From the NCBI RefSeq assembly GCF_001194135.2, contig NC_068986.1, positions 106,278,388-106,323,756 on the forward strand: 45,369 nt of DNA. Reading direction: 5' to 3'. The notes below the pieces were generated by a model. The model searched no databases, was not told where the DNA came from, and saw only the letters and a list, made by a program, of their open reading frames with translations. Position numbers and translations under genes: made by a program. How positions within the stretch are numbered: position 1 is the first letter of the stretch; each line of letters opens with the position of its first letter. Shown here piece by piece: positions 23,711 through 35,160 of the stretch. Source of the DNA: Octopus bimaculoides (Eukaryota).

Positions 23711-24205
23711 AACAAGGAACTACACCCCCAAAAGCGAATCTGACAGACTGTATGTGTCTAGAAACCTGAGAGGAAGAGGTCTCATAGGTTTCAAGATCTG
23801 TGTTGTCAACGAGAAGGCTAGTCTGGTATGGTACATCAAGTAACAGAATGAACCCTTGCTTGCTGCTGTTAGAATTAACAATATAATGCTTACCGAAAAT
23901 GTGATGCACCCACAAACATTTAAGAAACAACACGAAAAAGAGTAAACAACTGGAAAATGGAATCACTTCATGGGCAATCCCTAGGAGAAATTGAAGGAAA
24001 ATACAAGATCAACACTTGGAGATGCTTAGGAAAAGTGATCTGGAACAAGCTCTGAGAACTAATTATACCAAGTTCTAAATGGATAAGAGTAGCGAATCGC
24101 TCATTTGTAGGATGTGTGGCAGCAGAAACGAAACAATTGTGAGTGGGTGTAATAAGCTGGCCAAAGAGTACTACAAAAGGAGGCCCAATAGTGTGGTTAA
24201 GTCCG
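23711..24205 (+). mobile_element. R4/Dong fragment: RT C-terminus through the CCHC knuckle, decayed
   Basis: DRLYVSRNLRGRGLIGFKICV (DRLY.PR..GGRGL motif); WKMESLHGQ; EQALRTNY; CRMCGSRNET-IVSGCNKLAKEYYKRR. Confidence 0.85.
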
Positions 24206-24207
24206 TC

Positions 24208-24461
24208 CACATCCTTAAACAAACCTTATTCAGGGACCTTTTGAGCGGGATGGGCTACTCGACTTGAAGAAAATTCTAACTGGGCCCCACCTGCGAGGTC
24301 ATGCGCTGTTTATCTTGATATGAGATCACCATGTCGCGCACATATGTTTGTGATGCATATGCCTGGTGTACCCTTATCAGACGGGTAGTCATGAGGGGTA
24401 TAATGGGCTTCGTATATTTTACTCCAGTGTCACTTTGATGGCAGGCACTGCTCTCTCACTG
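24208..24461 (+). mobile_element. Interspersed repeat family D, followed by TAA repeats
   Basis: Second copy of 16319-16573; ends ctgctctctcactg|aataataat. Confidence 0.8.
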
Positions 24462-26799
24462 AATAATAATACTAATAATAATTTATTATAATTTTAAATT
24501 CTATTGTAATTATTACGTTTAGTAATGATTTTCTCCTATAAATGGTTTCGAGAGAATTGTTACTCGTTCCTCGTATACCACGCATACATGGCAACATGAA
24601 TCCCTCATAGTAAATTTCGTAAATCAGCTTTAATCTATTGCTTTAGGTTGTTTAAAAAGGTGGCGTGCTCTGGTGGCCAGTTATTATAAAGGAGGTATTC
24701 ATTTCTAGAAAACTCGAAGACCAAGGAGGAAGGCGCATAGAGTATAAGCATTTATTATTATTTTTTTTTGGAGCACTGGGTCTCGAAGCGAATAAAGCTA
24801 TAAGTAATACCACGTAAATAGTAAATTGAAAAAATCCCTTGGGATTGAAAATCGAAGGCTATAATTTATAGATTTCTATGTTTCGAGATCCACCGTTCCA
24901 AAATAATGAATTATGTTACTTTCTCTTAAAAAGTTTATCACATTCTTATGACATAAATAGCATACAACACTTGCTAGTAAGAATAAAAATCCTAAAATGG
25001 AAAGAAATATTCGAAGTGCTTTTTCGTCCAATGGTAGAACATCTGTCATGCGTACAGGAAATTTGAACTCGAGTCCCACGGGCATCCTTCAAAATTTTAT
25101 GCTCAAAAAGGGGTTTTTCAACCCCTTGCTATCATTTATAGCTCTATGTGCCTCGAGATCCTCTCTTCCAAAAATTATTATTTCACTTTTTCTCGAAAGT
25201 TCATAAAATTCTCAAGACATTAGCAACACATATTTAATTTGTTTCTAACACATTATAAAGATCTTGAAATTTCTAGTCGAAGGTAATCATGCATAGCGCC
25301 ATGTTATTCATGCTACGTTATTTACGATCGTTTTAATCACATTTGCTTTACTACTTTACATCCTGTTATTTACAACACATTATTTACATGCCTTTTTGTT
25401 CAGAGTACAAACTTAAGATATGGTATTTTTATTTAATAAATCGCTAAATTTTAACGTTCTACACCAAACACATGATTAAATTTTGATGTGATCATATTTC
25501 TTCAGAGTAAGCTGTAATTTATGATTTATGGTAAATCATATTTCTTTGACTCCTATGAGGTGTCGCTTTGCTATATCTGGCGTAGTTCGTACATGGAGAA
25601 GATAGTGTAAAGCTTTATATGATGAAATTATCTTTAAAAAAAAATGAAGCAATTACATTCATTTTCTCAGAATTACTGTATAGTGTGCAAAATCTAATGC
25701 TACAATCTACTGAAACAACAGTTGGATATGTATTTATTTATTAATATTTTATTATCAGAACAGTTGTGCCACTGCAAACGCAAAACTTACGCTTGTGATA
25801 AATTGCTTGCAACGATAATAATTTTTTCGCAATCTTTTATTTAATTACAGTAGTTTCTCCGTCTTTATCAAAAATAATATTCATAATTTGACAGATGCGA
25901 AAGTTTTGAATGGTGTGAATCATATCCTCCAACAATGTACTCTTAATCAGTTCGTATTTGTTATATATTTGAGCTATTCTAAAGGAATTGCAATAAAAGT
26001 GATATCAAGATGAATTTAAATTCAAACTATCAACATCCATTAAGGAAATTTTGATCATGTAAAACCACCAATCCATTCTGAGAGTAGGGTCTCTAATGGG
26101 TTATTAAAACACTATCTGTATAAACACGGATCCCTTCTATCATGGAGACCTCTGCTCGATCAGGGCTGACAAGGAACTAAAAGCACAGCACAAGATACAA
26201 ACAGATACCTATAAATACTATAAATATTGGAATACATATGCAAGATAAATGGCGTGCCTGAAACAGTAGCATAATCTCATTCAAATTACAGCTTACTGTC
26301 TCAAAAAATGAAGGATATAAAAATGCATGATGCAGGGAGGGAGATAAGTAGCTCTTCCAAAACACGCAAAATCTGTTAACCTCATTTAAACATTTATTTT
26401 TCACAAGTCGTTAAAATTTTCGTCGCTCCAAAATGCAACATGGTTAAAGACAAGATTGCACTGCATCTTGTCAGTTGCCAGGTCGCACTTTGCGCAACGA
26501 AAATTTTGTGACCTTATAACAAATAATAAATGTTGCCATTTTGTGTTTTTGAGTGGCTAATATGTGTCTTCCACACAGCAATCGTTTCAGTTTCAACGCA
26601 AGATCTCGGATCAAATCACTTCCCAGGCAAGTACACCCCAGAAAACGAAATATATAGTCTCGCGCCTAAAAGATGAAATGACCCAGATTGGGCAGACTTT
26701 GATCGTACTCAATCAAGAGAGATCTGAGAGAAACAACAAGAACGTTACTAACATTACTGCTAACACGAATCACCAGACTACCACCACCATTGCCGGCAC

Positions 26800-27310
26800 C
26801 ATCACCAATGCAGCAATAATTCTTAGATTCTGGTTTCTGGAATTTGTAATCCATCGTCTCAGTACAAAATGGATAAGGGAAACATCGTGTAAGCAATGCA
26901 GAATATATAATCCAACAAGTTCACATAATTCAGTGAAATCCTTACCACCCATGCTCATGTCAGAGAACTCACTGTTGTGACACCTTTGTAGGGAAGTAGT
27001 GTTGATGTAGAAGATTGATGTAGAAGATCGACAACAATGGGTTTTGCTAATATCGAATTTGAGTGCGGTTTGGTGAACAAGGAATAATAGTTCTGAATAT
27101 GAAATCGGGAACAGAATCATTGATATTTGTTGAATAACTGAGTTGGTGTTCCACAGAAACTAGGGAATACGATAACCTGTATTTCGGGAGAATAGAATCT
27201 ATAACGGTTAACAATGGATGTCAGTTTCTTGAGGTTTCATAAGTAGGCTAGAAGGATGTTTGGTAAATTTAAGCTTATAATTTTTTGAACTAAATTATAA
27301 TTTCTGGATA
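26800..27310 (-). pseudogene. Penelope-like element RT remnant
   Basis: KNYKLKF..HPSSLLMKP, WNTNSVI, FSDMSMGGKDFTELCELVGLYILHCL and Y*DDGL at 26864-26847 (YRDDGL with CGA>TGA). Confidence 0.8.
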
Positions 27311-28311
27311 GATCGAAAAAACAGTTTGGAGAATAGAAGCAATACATTTCGCCGAAGCGTTGCTACCATTTATTATGGTATATTAGTCTTTATACCTGGA
27401 TATAAGAACGTCTGAATTGAGTAGAAGTCGGTATTACGAGCGCATGTCCATCAACCATAGGTTCTTGTATTATTAGAATTCACAAAAGTTTTTTTCTCTT
27501 CTTGACTTAACTTATTTGTAGAGTTAATTTACATGGGATTGATGTAATAACGGAATTGAAAGTTCTCGACCATCCGAAATTGATTATGTGTGAAAGATTG
27601 TGACAGAAAAGTGTGCGGAAAGCATTTAATTGACTTCAGTACATATATATATTCTCATAGAAGTATGCGTTCACACTTTGCATTCTTCTAGTTTTTTTTT
27701 CTCTTTGTTTTTGTATGTGCTTATTCCCTACAGCTAAGAGTCAGTCGTCCTCACCAACGTCTATCATTATAATTCCAATACTAAAATTAACTTCTCCATC
27801 ATTTTAAACCGAACCATCTATGAAAAGACCCACGGATATAAGCCATACAACCTGAATGTAATTCAGAATCTGATGAAACCAACCGCAAACGAAACTTTGA
27901 TATATAAATACACACATGCACACAAACAAACGTATATACATAGACATATACACACATACTGACACACAAATTTGTAAGTATATACCTATATAATCTATAT
28001 ACGAATATATTTGTTTAGATATATAAGAATATATGTGTACACACACACACACGCACACATATGAATTTGTAACAGTTCAAATATGTTGCAGCCCTATTCA
28101 AATCCACAAAATGACAATTCACCCTGGACTAGTCGCGTTGTCAGGTCAGTGCCATCTCTATTTTCAGTGTTTGTTGCCGAAGAGAAGATGACTACTTTGA
28201 AATGCATGCATATATTAAAATAGAAGTTGCCTCGAAATGAACTGGTTTCGTTTACACCCGTTTGTCTACAGCGAGAATATTTCTCCACAAGTGAATGGCT
28301 TTCTTATGAGT

Positions 28312-28344
<33 letters not shown>

Positions 28345-29148
28345 NNNNNNNNNNNNNNNNNNNNNNNNNNNNNNNNNNNNNNNNNNNNNNNNNNNNNNNN
28401 NNNNNNNNNNNNNNNNNNNNNNNNNNNNNNNNNNNNNNNNNNNNNNNNNNNNNNNNNNNNNNNNNNNNNNNNNNNNNNNNNNNNNNNNNNNNNNNNNNNN
28501 NNNNNNNNNNNNNNNNNNNNNNNNNNNNNNNNNNNNNNNNNNNNNNNNNNNNNNNNNNNNNNNNNNNNNNNNNNNNNNNNNNNNNNNNNNNNNNNNNNNN
28601 NNNNNNNNNNNNNNNNNNNNNNNNNNNNNNNNNNNNNNNNNNNNNNNNNNNNNNNNNNNNNNNNNNNNNNNNNNNNNNNNNNNNNNNNNNNNNNNNNNNN
28701 NNNNNNNNNNNNNNNNNNNNNNNNNNNNNNNNNNNNNNNNNNNNNNNNNNNNNNNNNNNNNNNNNNNNNNNNNNNNNNNNNNNNNNNNNNNNNNNNNNNN
28801 NNNNNNNTATATATATATATATATATATATATGGGGGGGGGGGATCAGTTTGATTTAGATTCGTTGGTACTCTTGAGTTTCAAGCGTCTATTTTCTTCTT
28901 TATTTCTCAGCGAGTACGGTAGTGGTTGTCTCTCCTTTGCAAACTGTTGGTCAGACATTCGGGAATGGCGCTCAAAAGAGACGGGAGCAATTGTACGAGA
29001 AAGTAGACAAACTAAAGAAGGGCACCAATTTATTGGGAGTCACTTGTATGGATGGAACCAACCTGATTCAAATTCGTTGTTTCTCTTGAGGTTATATAAA
29101 TCACTGCATATATAAATAGAAGCGTTTCTAATCTGTATCACACGTTCT

Positions 29149-29203
<55 letters not shown>
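29149..29203. repeat. (CT)n microsatellite
   Basis: Direct reading. Confidence 0.95.
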
Positions 29204-29206
<3 letters not shown>

Positions 29207-29591
29207 TTAATCTATATTTATGTGCTTGTGTAATTTAATATGCTACTCAGTTGACGATATCCACAATGCTACTCGGAAATCCCGTGTCTCGAACGATTTA
29301 CGAAATGTCATGTCATGATAAAAATAACAACAGTGAAATGAAATCCAGGGTAGCCTCAGGGGTGGCCTAGCACGTTGATTCTCCTCTGATACTTGCTGTC
29401 TGCGCATGACGATATCAGTGAACATTAAATGTAGACGAGGGAAATAAATGATTGTCAATGAAATTGTTAAACATAAGAAATTTGAGCTGATATTTGAAGT
29501 TATTAAGTAAAATTAATTAAATAAAATTAATTGCAATAATTCCGCTAATTAATGCAACAGGGAAATAATTAAAAGCGAAGATCGTCTTGAA

Positions 29592-31144
29592 TATTGATTT
29601 CAAAATTTGGAACAAAGTCAGAAATATTGTTTTCTACTCTAGGCACAAGGCCCGAAATTTTTGGAGAGGGGGCCAGTCGATTAGATCGGATCCAGTACGC
29701 AACTGGTACTAAATTCATCGACCCTGAAAGGAAGAAAGGCAAAGTCGGCTTCAGCATAATTTGAACTCAGAACGTAAAAGCAGACGAAATACTGCTAAGC
29801 ATTTCGCCCGACATGCTAACTTTTCTCCCAGCTCGCCGCCCCACAAAGTCAGAAATTTTGTGGGAAGAGATAAGTCGATAGCAGAGCCCCTAGTGCTCAA
29901 CTAGTAGTTATTTTATTGGACCCTAAAGGTTGAAAGGCAAAGCCGATCACGGCTGGCATTTAAACTCAGGGCGTTATATCAGAAGAATTGCCGCCCTCCA
30001 CCCGCCTGTGAGAACCATTCAAATATTAGTTTCAAATTATGCCACAATGCCAAGACGTTTGGGGGAGGGAGTAAGTTTATTACAACGACCCCAGTGCTCA
30101 ACTGGTACTTATTTTATTGACTCCGAAATGAAGAAAGACCCGGTTGACCTCACCGTAATTTGAACTCAGAACGTAAAGACGGACGAAATGCTGCTAAGCA
30201 TTTTCTCCGGCATGCTACCGATTCTCTAAGTCCACCGCTTTAGAACATCATTTAAATATTGATTTCAAATTTTAGCAGAAGGCAATCAATTTAGGGAGAG
30301 TGGATAAGTCGATTTCATCGACCCCAGTACTCTACTGGTATTATTTTATCAGCCCCGAAAAGATGAAAAGCAAAGTGGGCCCCAGCGGAATTTAAACACT
30401 GATGTAAAGCCGGTCGAAATGCCGCTAAGCATTCTGTCCGGCGTACTCAAGATTCCACCAGCTCGCCGTTTTGGATCATTTAAATATTCCGTTCTACTAT
30501 AGACATAAGGCCTGAAAGTTTGGAGAAGAGAGCTTGTCGATTATATAGCCCTCAGTGCATGACTGGTACAATTTTATCAATTCCGAAAAGAAAGATTTTC
30601 GACCTGGGCGTAATTTGCACTCAGAATGCAAGACGGATGAAATGGCGTTAAGCATTTTGCCGGTGAGTTAACGGTTCTGCCCGTTCACTGCCTTGGATCC
30701 TTTCAATATTCTTTTCTACTCTAGGTACAAGGCCTCAAAATTTGGGAGAGGGGGGGGGCAGTTGGTTAGATCGACCACAGTGCGTAACTGGTACTTAATT
30801 TATCGACCCCGAAATGATTAAATGCATAGTCGACCTCGGCGGAATTTGAACTCAGAACGTAGTGGCAGACGAAATACCGCTAAGCATTTCGCCCGGCGTG
30901 CTAACGTTTCTTATTTCTTTATTGCCCATAAGGGGCTAAACATAGAGGGGACAAACAAGGACAGACAAAGAAATTAAGTCGAATACATCGACCCCAGCGC
31001 GTAACCGGAACTAAATTTATCGATCCCCAAAGGATGATAGGCAAAGTCGACCTCGGCGGAATTTGAACTCAGATCGTAACGGCAGACGAAATGCTGCTAA
31101 GCATTTCGCCCGGCGTGCTAACGTTTCTGCCAGCTCGCAGCCTT
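29592..31144 (-). mobile_element. Head-to-tail stack of 7 SINE family B units (30911-31144, 30705-30910, 30483-30694, 30252-30470, 30020-30242, 29592-30007 interrupted by 29626-29842)
   Basis: Each unit carries the actggta..ttttat.gac...gaaa...aatttgaactcag core; divergence differs between units; boundaries approximate. Confidence 0.9.
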
Positions 31145-31339
31145 AGGGATCCTTTAAATATTATGAACAAAAATAATATTCTACTTGTTTAATCCTTCAT
31201 ATTTTGAACTGGAGCAACGCCTTCAAGACCTTATTATAGACACAAGTCCTCTTTTCAAACGTGTCACTTATTTTATTCTATAGACACAAACAAATATAAA
31301 CACGGATACAGGCACAAATACACTCGCAATACAGCAGAA

Positions 31340-31620
31340 TTCGTACCATCATCAACGCGCTCGGTATTGGGACTTTTTTTAAAACGAAATGGTGTTGATA
31401 CAGAAGAAGATCGATTTCATAGAACGTAATTTAATATTGATATCAGTGCGTTTGACAACATTCATAGTTTAGCGATTCTGAGTGCGTCTACAGATATTGA
31501 TTAGGTGATCGAAGAGTATTAGTTCTGGATATAAAATTAGGAGTAATATCATTGATTCTTATTGAATAACTGAGTCGGTGCTTTTCCACAGAGGCTGAAA
31601 AAACTAGTCTGATTTTTGGA
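31340..31620 (-). pseudogene. Penelope-like RT remnant, similar to 27000-27170
   Basis: WKSTDSVI motif; ttgaataactgagt.ggtg..ttccacaga shared with 27130-27160. Confidence 0.55.
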
Positions 31621-31744
31621 ATGCACATGAACGCATAAGCGCACAATACACGCACACATATGCATACACACACACACACAGACACAGATTCACATACACA
31701 CATACTACACACACATAGAAATACAGGAATGCACATGCACGCAC

Positions 31745-31907
31745 GCACATATAAATGCGGCAGGTTTTCGTACAGTTTACATCGACTAACTTTCACTCAT
31801 AAGGTATGGGCTGACCCGAATTTCTTATAGAAGACGACTGCTCTCAGTACTTCGCAGTGGGATCGGATTCTGAATCACTTGACTGAAAACCAAATTTCTT
31901 AACCATA
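31745..31907 (-). mobile_element. SINE family A 5' half, old
   Basis: cagtttacatcgactaactttcactcataagg...atagaagacgactgctc...gcagtgggatcgga. Confidence 0.6.
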
Positions 31908-31914
31908 TATACAT

Positions 31915-32073
31915 ATATACGACGGGCTACTTTCAGTTTCCGTCTACCAAATCCACTCACATAGCTTTGGTCTGCCCGAGGCTATAGTAGAAGACACTTG
32001 CCCAAAGTGCCACGAAGTGGGATGAACCAAGAACCATGTGGTTGGTAAGCAAGCTACTTACCACACAGCCACT
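31915..32073 (-). mobile_element. SINE family A 5' half, younger
   Basis: gacgggctactttcagtttccgtctaccaaatccactcac...aagctacttaccacacagccact. Confidence 0.9.
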
Positions 32074-32199
32074 GTTAAAGATTTAGTTCCATTTTAGTCT
32101 GAACTTCATTTAGTCACTAGCATTAAGCTGTGTAAGTATCGCAATTCCTGTCAATCTAAATTGTATTTGGACATCAAAAAATTTTAGAAATTCTAATAC

Positions 32200-33989
32200 G
32201 AAATTTGTATTTTCAGATAAAATTAATCACCTGTATGAAATATCTAAACAGACTTATCATAGATTATCAAACGTTACCATTACCGTCAAACATTAAAAAC
32301 AAAACCCAAAGACAAGTGATACTATGACATCAACGGGGAGGCTAAAATTCTTGCGAGTTGTAGTAATATCGATGACAGATTAGAGTTTTTAGCGAAGAGA
32401 GAGGCTTTTATTACGTTGAAAGATTACAAACTTAATTTCCACAATAAACCCCACTTGTAGATTGCTAAATCCGGCCAAATCCGAAATAGGATTAGTGGCT
32501 AAGAAAATACTTAGAAATATTAATTATAAAATAAAGAAAAATACTGGCTTCAGACCGTGGAATAATAGTTTCACAGTTAGTGATTGGTTCAGTAGGATTA
32601 AAGATAAGGATAAAGCAAATTCAGTCAATTTGATATTATTGATTTTTATCCCATCCATCTCGAGTTCACTACGAAACAAAGGTATTGAATTTGCTAGATC
32701 ATTCGTCTATATTCAGACTATAGAATTGAAGTTTATAAAACTTGCCAGAAAAACATTATTATTAAGCTAAGTGGGAACTTCGGTAAAAAAAAACAGGTGG
32801 CGATGAGTTATTCGACGTTTCTATGGGATCGTACGACAACGCCAATATTTGTGATTTGGTCGGACTATATATACTAAATATATTGAAGGGGAGGCACTCA
32901 TCTCATGATTTTGGATTGTACTACGATGACGTGTTGATCGTTTCCCACATATGTGACGGACACACACTTGATAAGTTAAGAAAGCGGTTTTGGGATTAAA
33001 GATCACAGCAGTCACAAATCTTTCAGCGGTCGAATATTTAGATGTTTCATTAAATCTGAATACTTTCTCATATAAGCCTTACCATAAACTCAATAAAAAA
33101 CTAACATATATGCATACACAGTCCAACCACCCTCCTGTTATAATTGAAAATCTAGTTGCAAATATTAGCAAAAGGATATCTAATCTCTCGTTCTCTAGGG
33201 ACATTTTCGAGAGGGCTGTTCCCTATTATAACAGGGATTTAGCTAATACTGGGTTTAAAGAATTGGTATATAAACCTTCTTCTCATAGAGGTATTAATAA
33301 CAGACATAGGGAAATTAATGATAAAGTAAGACATTCTAAAAAGAGTCCTACAAGAAGGTCAAGAAAAATTATTTGGTTTACCTTTCCTACTTCTCTGAAT
33401 GTATAGACGAATATCGATAGAAAATTATTGGCCTTCTTAGATAAACACTTTCCTGAAACTCCTAGATACAGGAAAATATTTAAGAGAAATTCCGTAGAAT
33501 TATTATAAGCTGCTGCCCGAGCATAAAAAATATTATCACCTGTATGAACCAACAGGAAAGTGAACCAGGTTGCAAATGTCGCAAAGCGGAATCCTGACTG
33601 CTAGACCAGCAGTGTATGACGAGTCCATTATATACTGAGCAGACGTCTCAGCAACCCTTAATAACAGTGACACAAGCGATAAAAGAACATACATCGGATT
33701 ATGTGAAGGAACATTTAAAAAAAAACGGTACTCCAACCACATGGCATCATTCCGTCACAGTGAGAAAAGCAAAACCACAAAGTTGGTGAGCCACATTTGG
33801 GCCATGAAAGAAAAAAATATACCACATGTGATCAAATGGAGAATGATCGAAAGGTGTAAACCATACATGACTGGATCTAATAGATACATGATTTGCTTGA
33901 CCGAAAGGGCGCAGATTTTATTTAGATCCCATATTCGCAACTTGTTGAACTCGAGGTCAGTGACTTTTATTGGATGCAAACAAGTTTAA
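32200..33989 (+). pseudogene. Penelope-like element: RT plus GIY-YIG endonuclease, frameshifted
   Basis: AFITLKDYKLNF..CRLLNPAKSEIG..KKIL; FDIIDFYP; FDVSMGSYDNANICDLVGLYIL; GLYYDDVL; YLDVSLNLNTFSYKPYHK; KIIWF..P; IIY...TYIGLCEGTFK.RYSNH...IKWRMIERC. Confidence 0.92.
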
Positions 33990-34503
33990 ATATATCTTTA
34001 AAAATTGGAAGTTTCCACTAATTCCCGATTGTCGATTTATATCTCATATCTATATTTACATTATATATTTTCCATCCTTTCATATTCCTTCGGTAATTTT
34101 TACGTGATTATAGACTTTAGAACAAACACCATAGAGTTTTTCCACTTATAATTGTATGCAATTTCTGTACATTTATTTGTATATCTATGTGCTTCTATAA
34201 TTATGTATTGTATATAGCTTATATATTTGTATATGTGTACAGCCTTTAGATTATCTGTAGATCTATATATGTGTTTACACATTGATACGTTTATAATTTA
34301 ATTTAATTTTTATAACTTCAATAATTTATAACTGTACCATTTTTATTTTTGTAAGGTTATTTTCGATTTAAATTCATCTGAACGTTCTACATCGGTTCAC
34401 TTTGGTAGCTCACCTGTAGTGGAATCTTCCATTAAATACTTTTGCTTTAGCACTGCCTCTCACCTGTTCTCTATTTAAGCTTCTTGGTTTCATGGAATAA
34501 TCA

Positions 34504-34550
34504 GCGTCTGATGAGCGTATTTGTCATGTCGTTGAAACTATTAGTAGCGC
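34504..34550 (+). ncRNA. Minimal type I hammerhead ribozyme motif, degenerate, in the PLE 3' region
   Basis: CTGATGA 34508-34514, GAAA 34534-34537, stem III ACT-att-AGT, GUA site 34544-34546, stem I gcgt/gcgc; stem II imperfect. Confidence 0.5.
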
Positions 34551-34849
34551 GTGTAATGCATGCGCAGTGAAACGCATACATTAATATATATATATATTTA
34601 TAAGATTCAGTGATCGAGATGTAGGAAGAAAGTTAGCTGCAAGCAAATTGTAATAAATATAAAAGACAACTTTCAGTGAAAAAAAGTGGTTCATTGAGAC
34701 GGAATGTTATGGATTTCTTTCGTATCGAAGTACGACGAACTGAATAAAGTCCTTTTTATATACCACAGTATGCGACCAGAGTTGTCGGATGTGCGAATAA
34801 GAATACAAGAGTTAAGGAATGGAGTAGATAATGTCCGGGGCACATATGT

Positions 34850-35160
34850 TTCATAGCGAGCGGAACCTCGGTAGTAGTAAATATCCAAAGGAGGTGTATA
34901 CCGCAGACTACTCTTCACGTCAAGGTTAACTTTTGGAAATGAAAGTTTACATTGTCGCAAGGATGTACGTGTTAACGCATGTAACCTCGTGGGCATCGGT
35001 ACCATTTTCCTCTTTCTCCGTTCTTCCATTCTCCGAACTTTCCATCTTTCCGACGAAGGGCTACGCCCGAAACGTCATACAATCTCTCTTTCCTTTCCTG
35101 AGCGTCCAATAATACTATCCATATCACGTCCTCACTTTGTTGTTTTTTTGTTTTTTTGTT
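34850..35160 (+). mobile_element. Probable PLE-derived terminal repeat carrying a hammerhead-like motif
   Basis: ccgacga-a-gggc-tac-gccc-gaaa-cgtc at 35050-35076; family assignment is from memory. Confidence 0.4.

Noticed and set aside
24876-25085. Hydrophobic TM-like ORF (LRIFLSILGFLFLLASVVCYLC)
   Set aside because: Expected from T-rich DNA; no splice or start support, and it begins in a B-box-like SINE remnant.
29592-31144. Regularly spaced repeats suggestive of a CRISPR-like or satellite array
   Set aside because: Units are about 210-230-bp tRNA-derived SINEs found dispersed elsewhere in the window; no short repeat-spacer structure, and the context is eukaryotic.
32219-32255. Minus-strand 13-nt microexon-like signal (tttag|ATATTTCATACAG|gtgatt)
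   Set aside because: It lies within the plus-strand Penelope ORF remnant (DKINHLYEISKQTYHRL) and has a poor pyrimidine tract.
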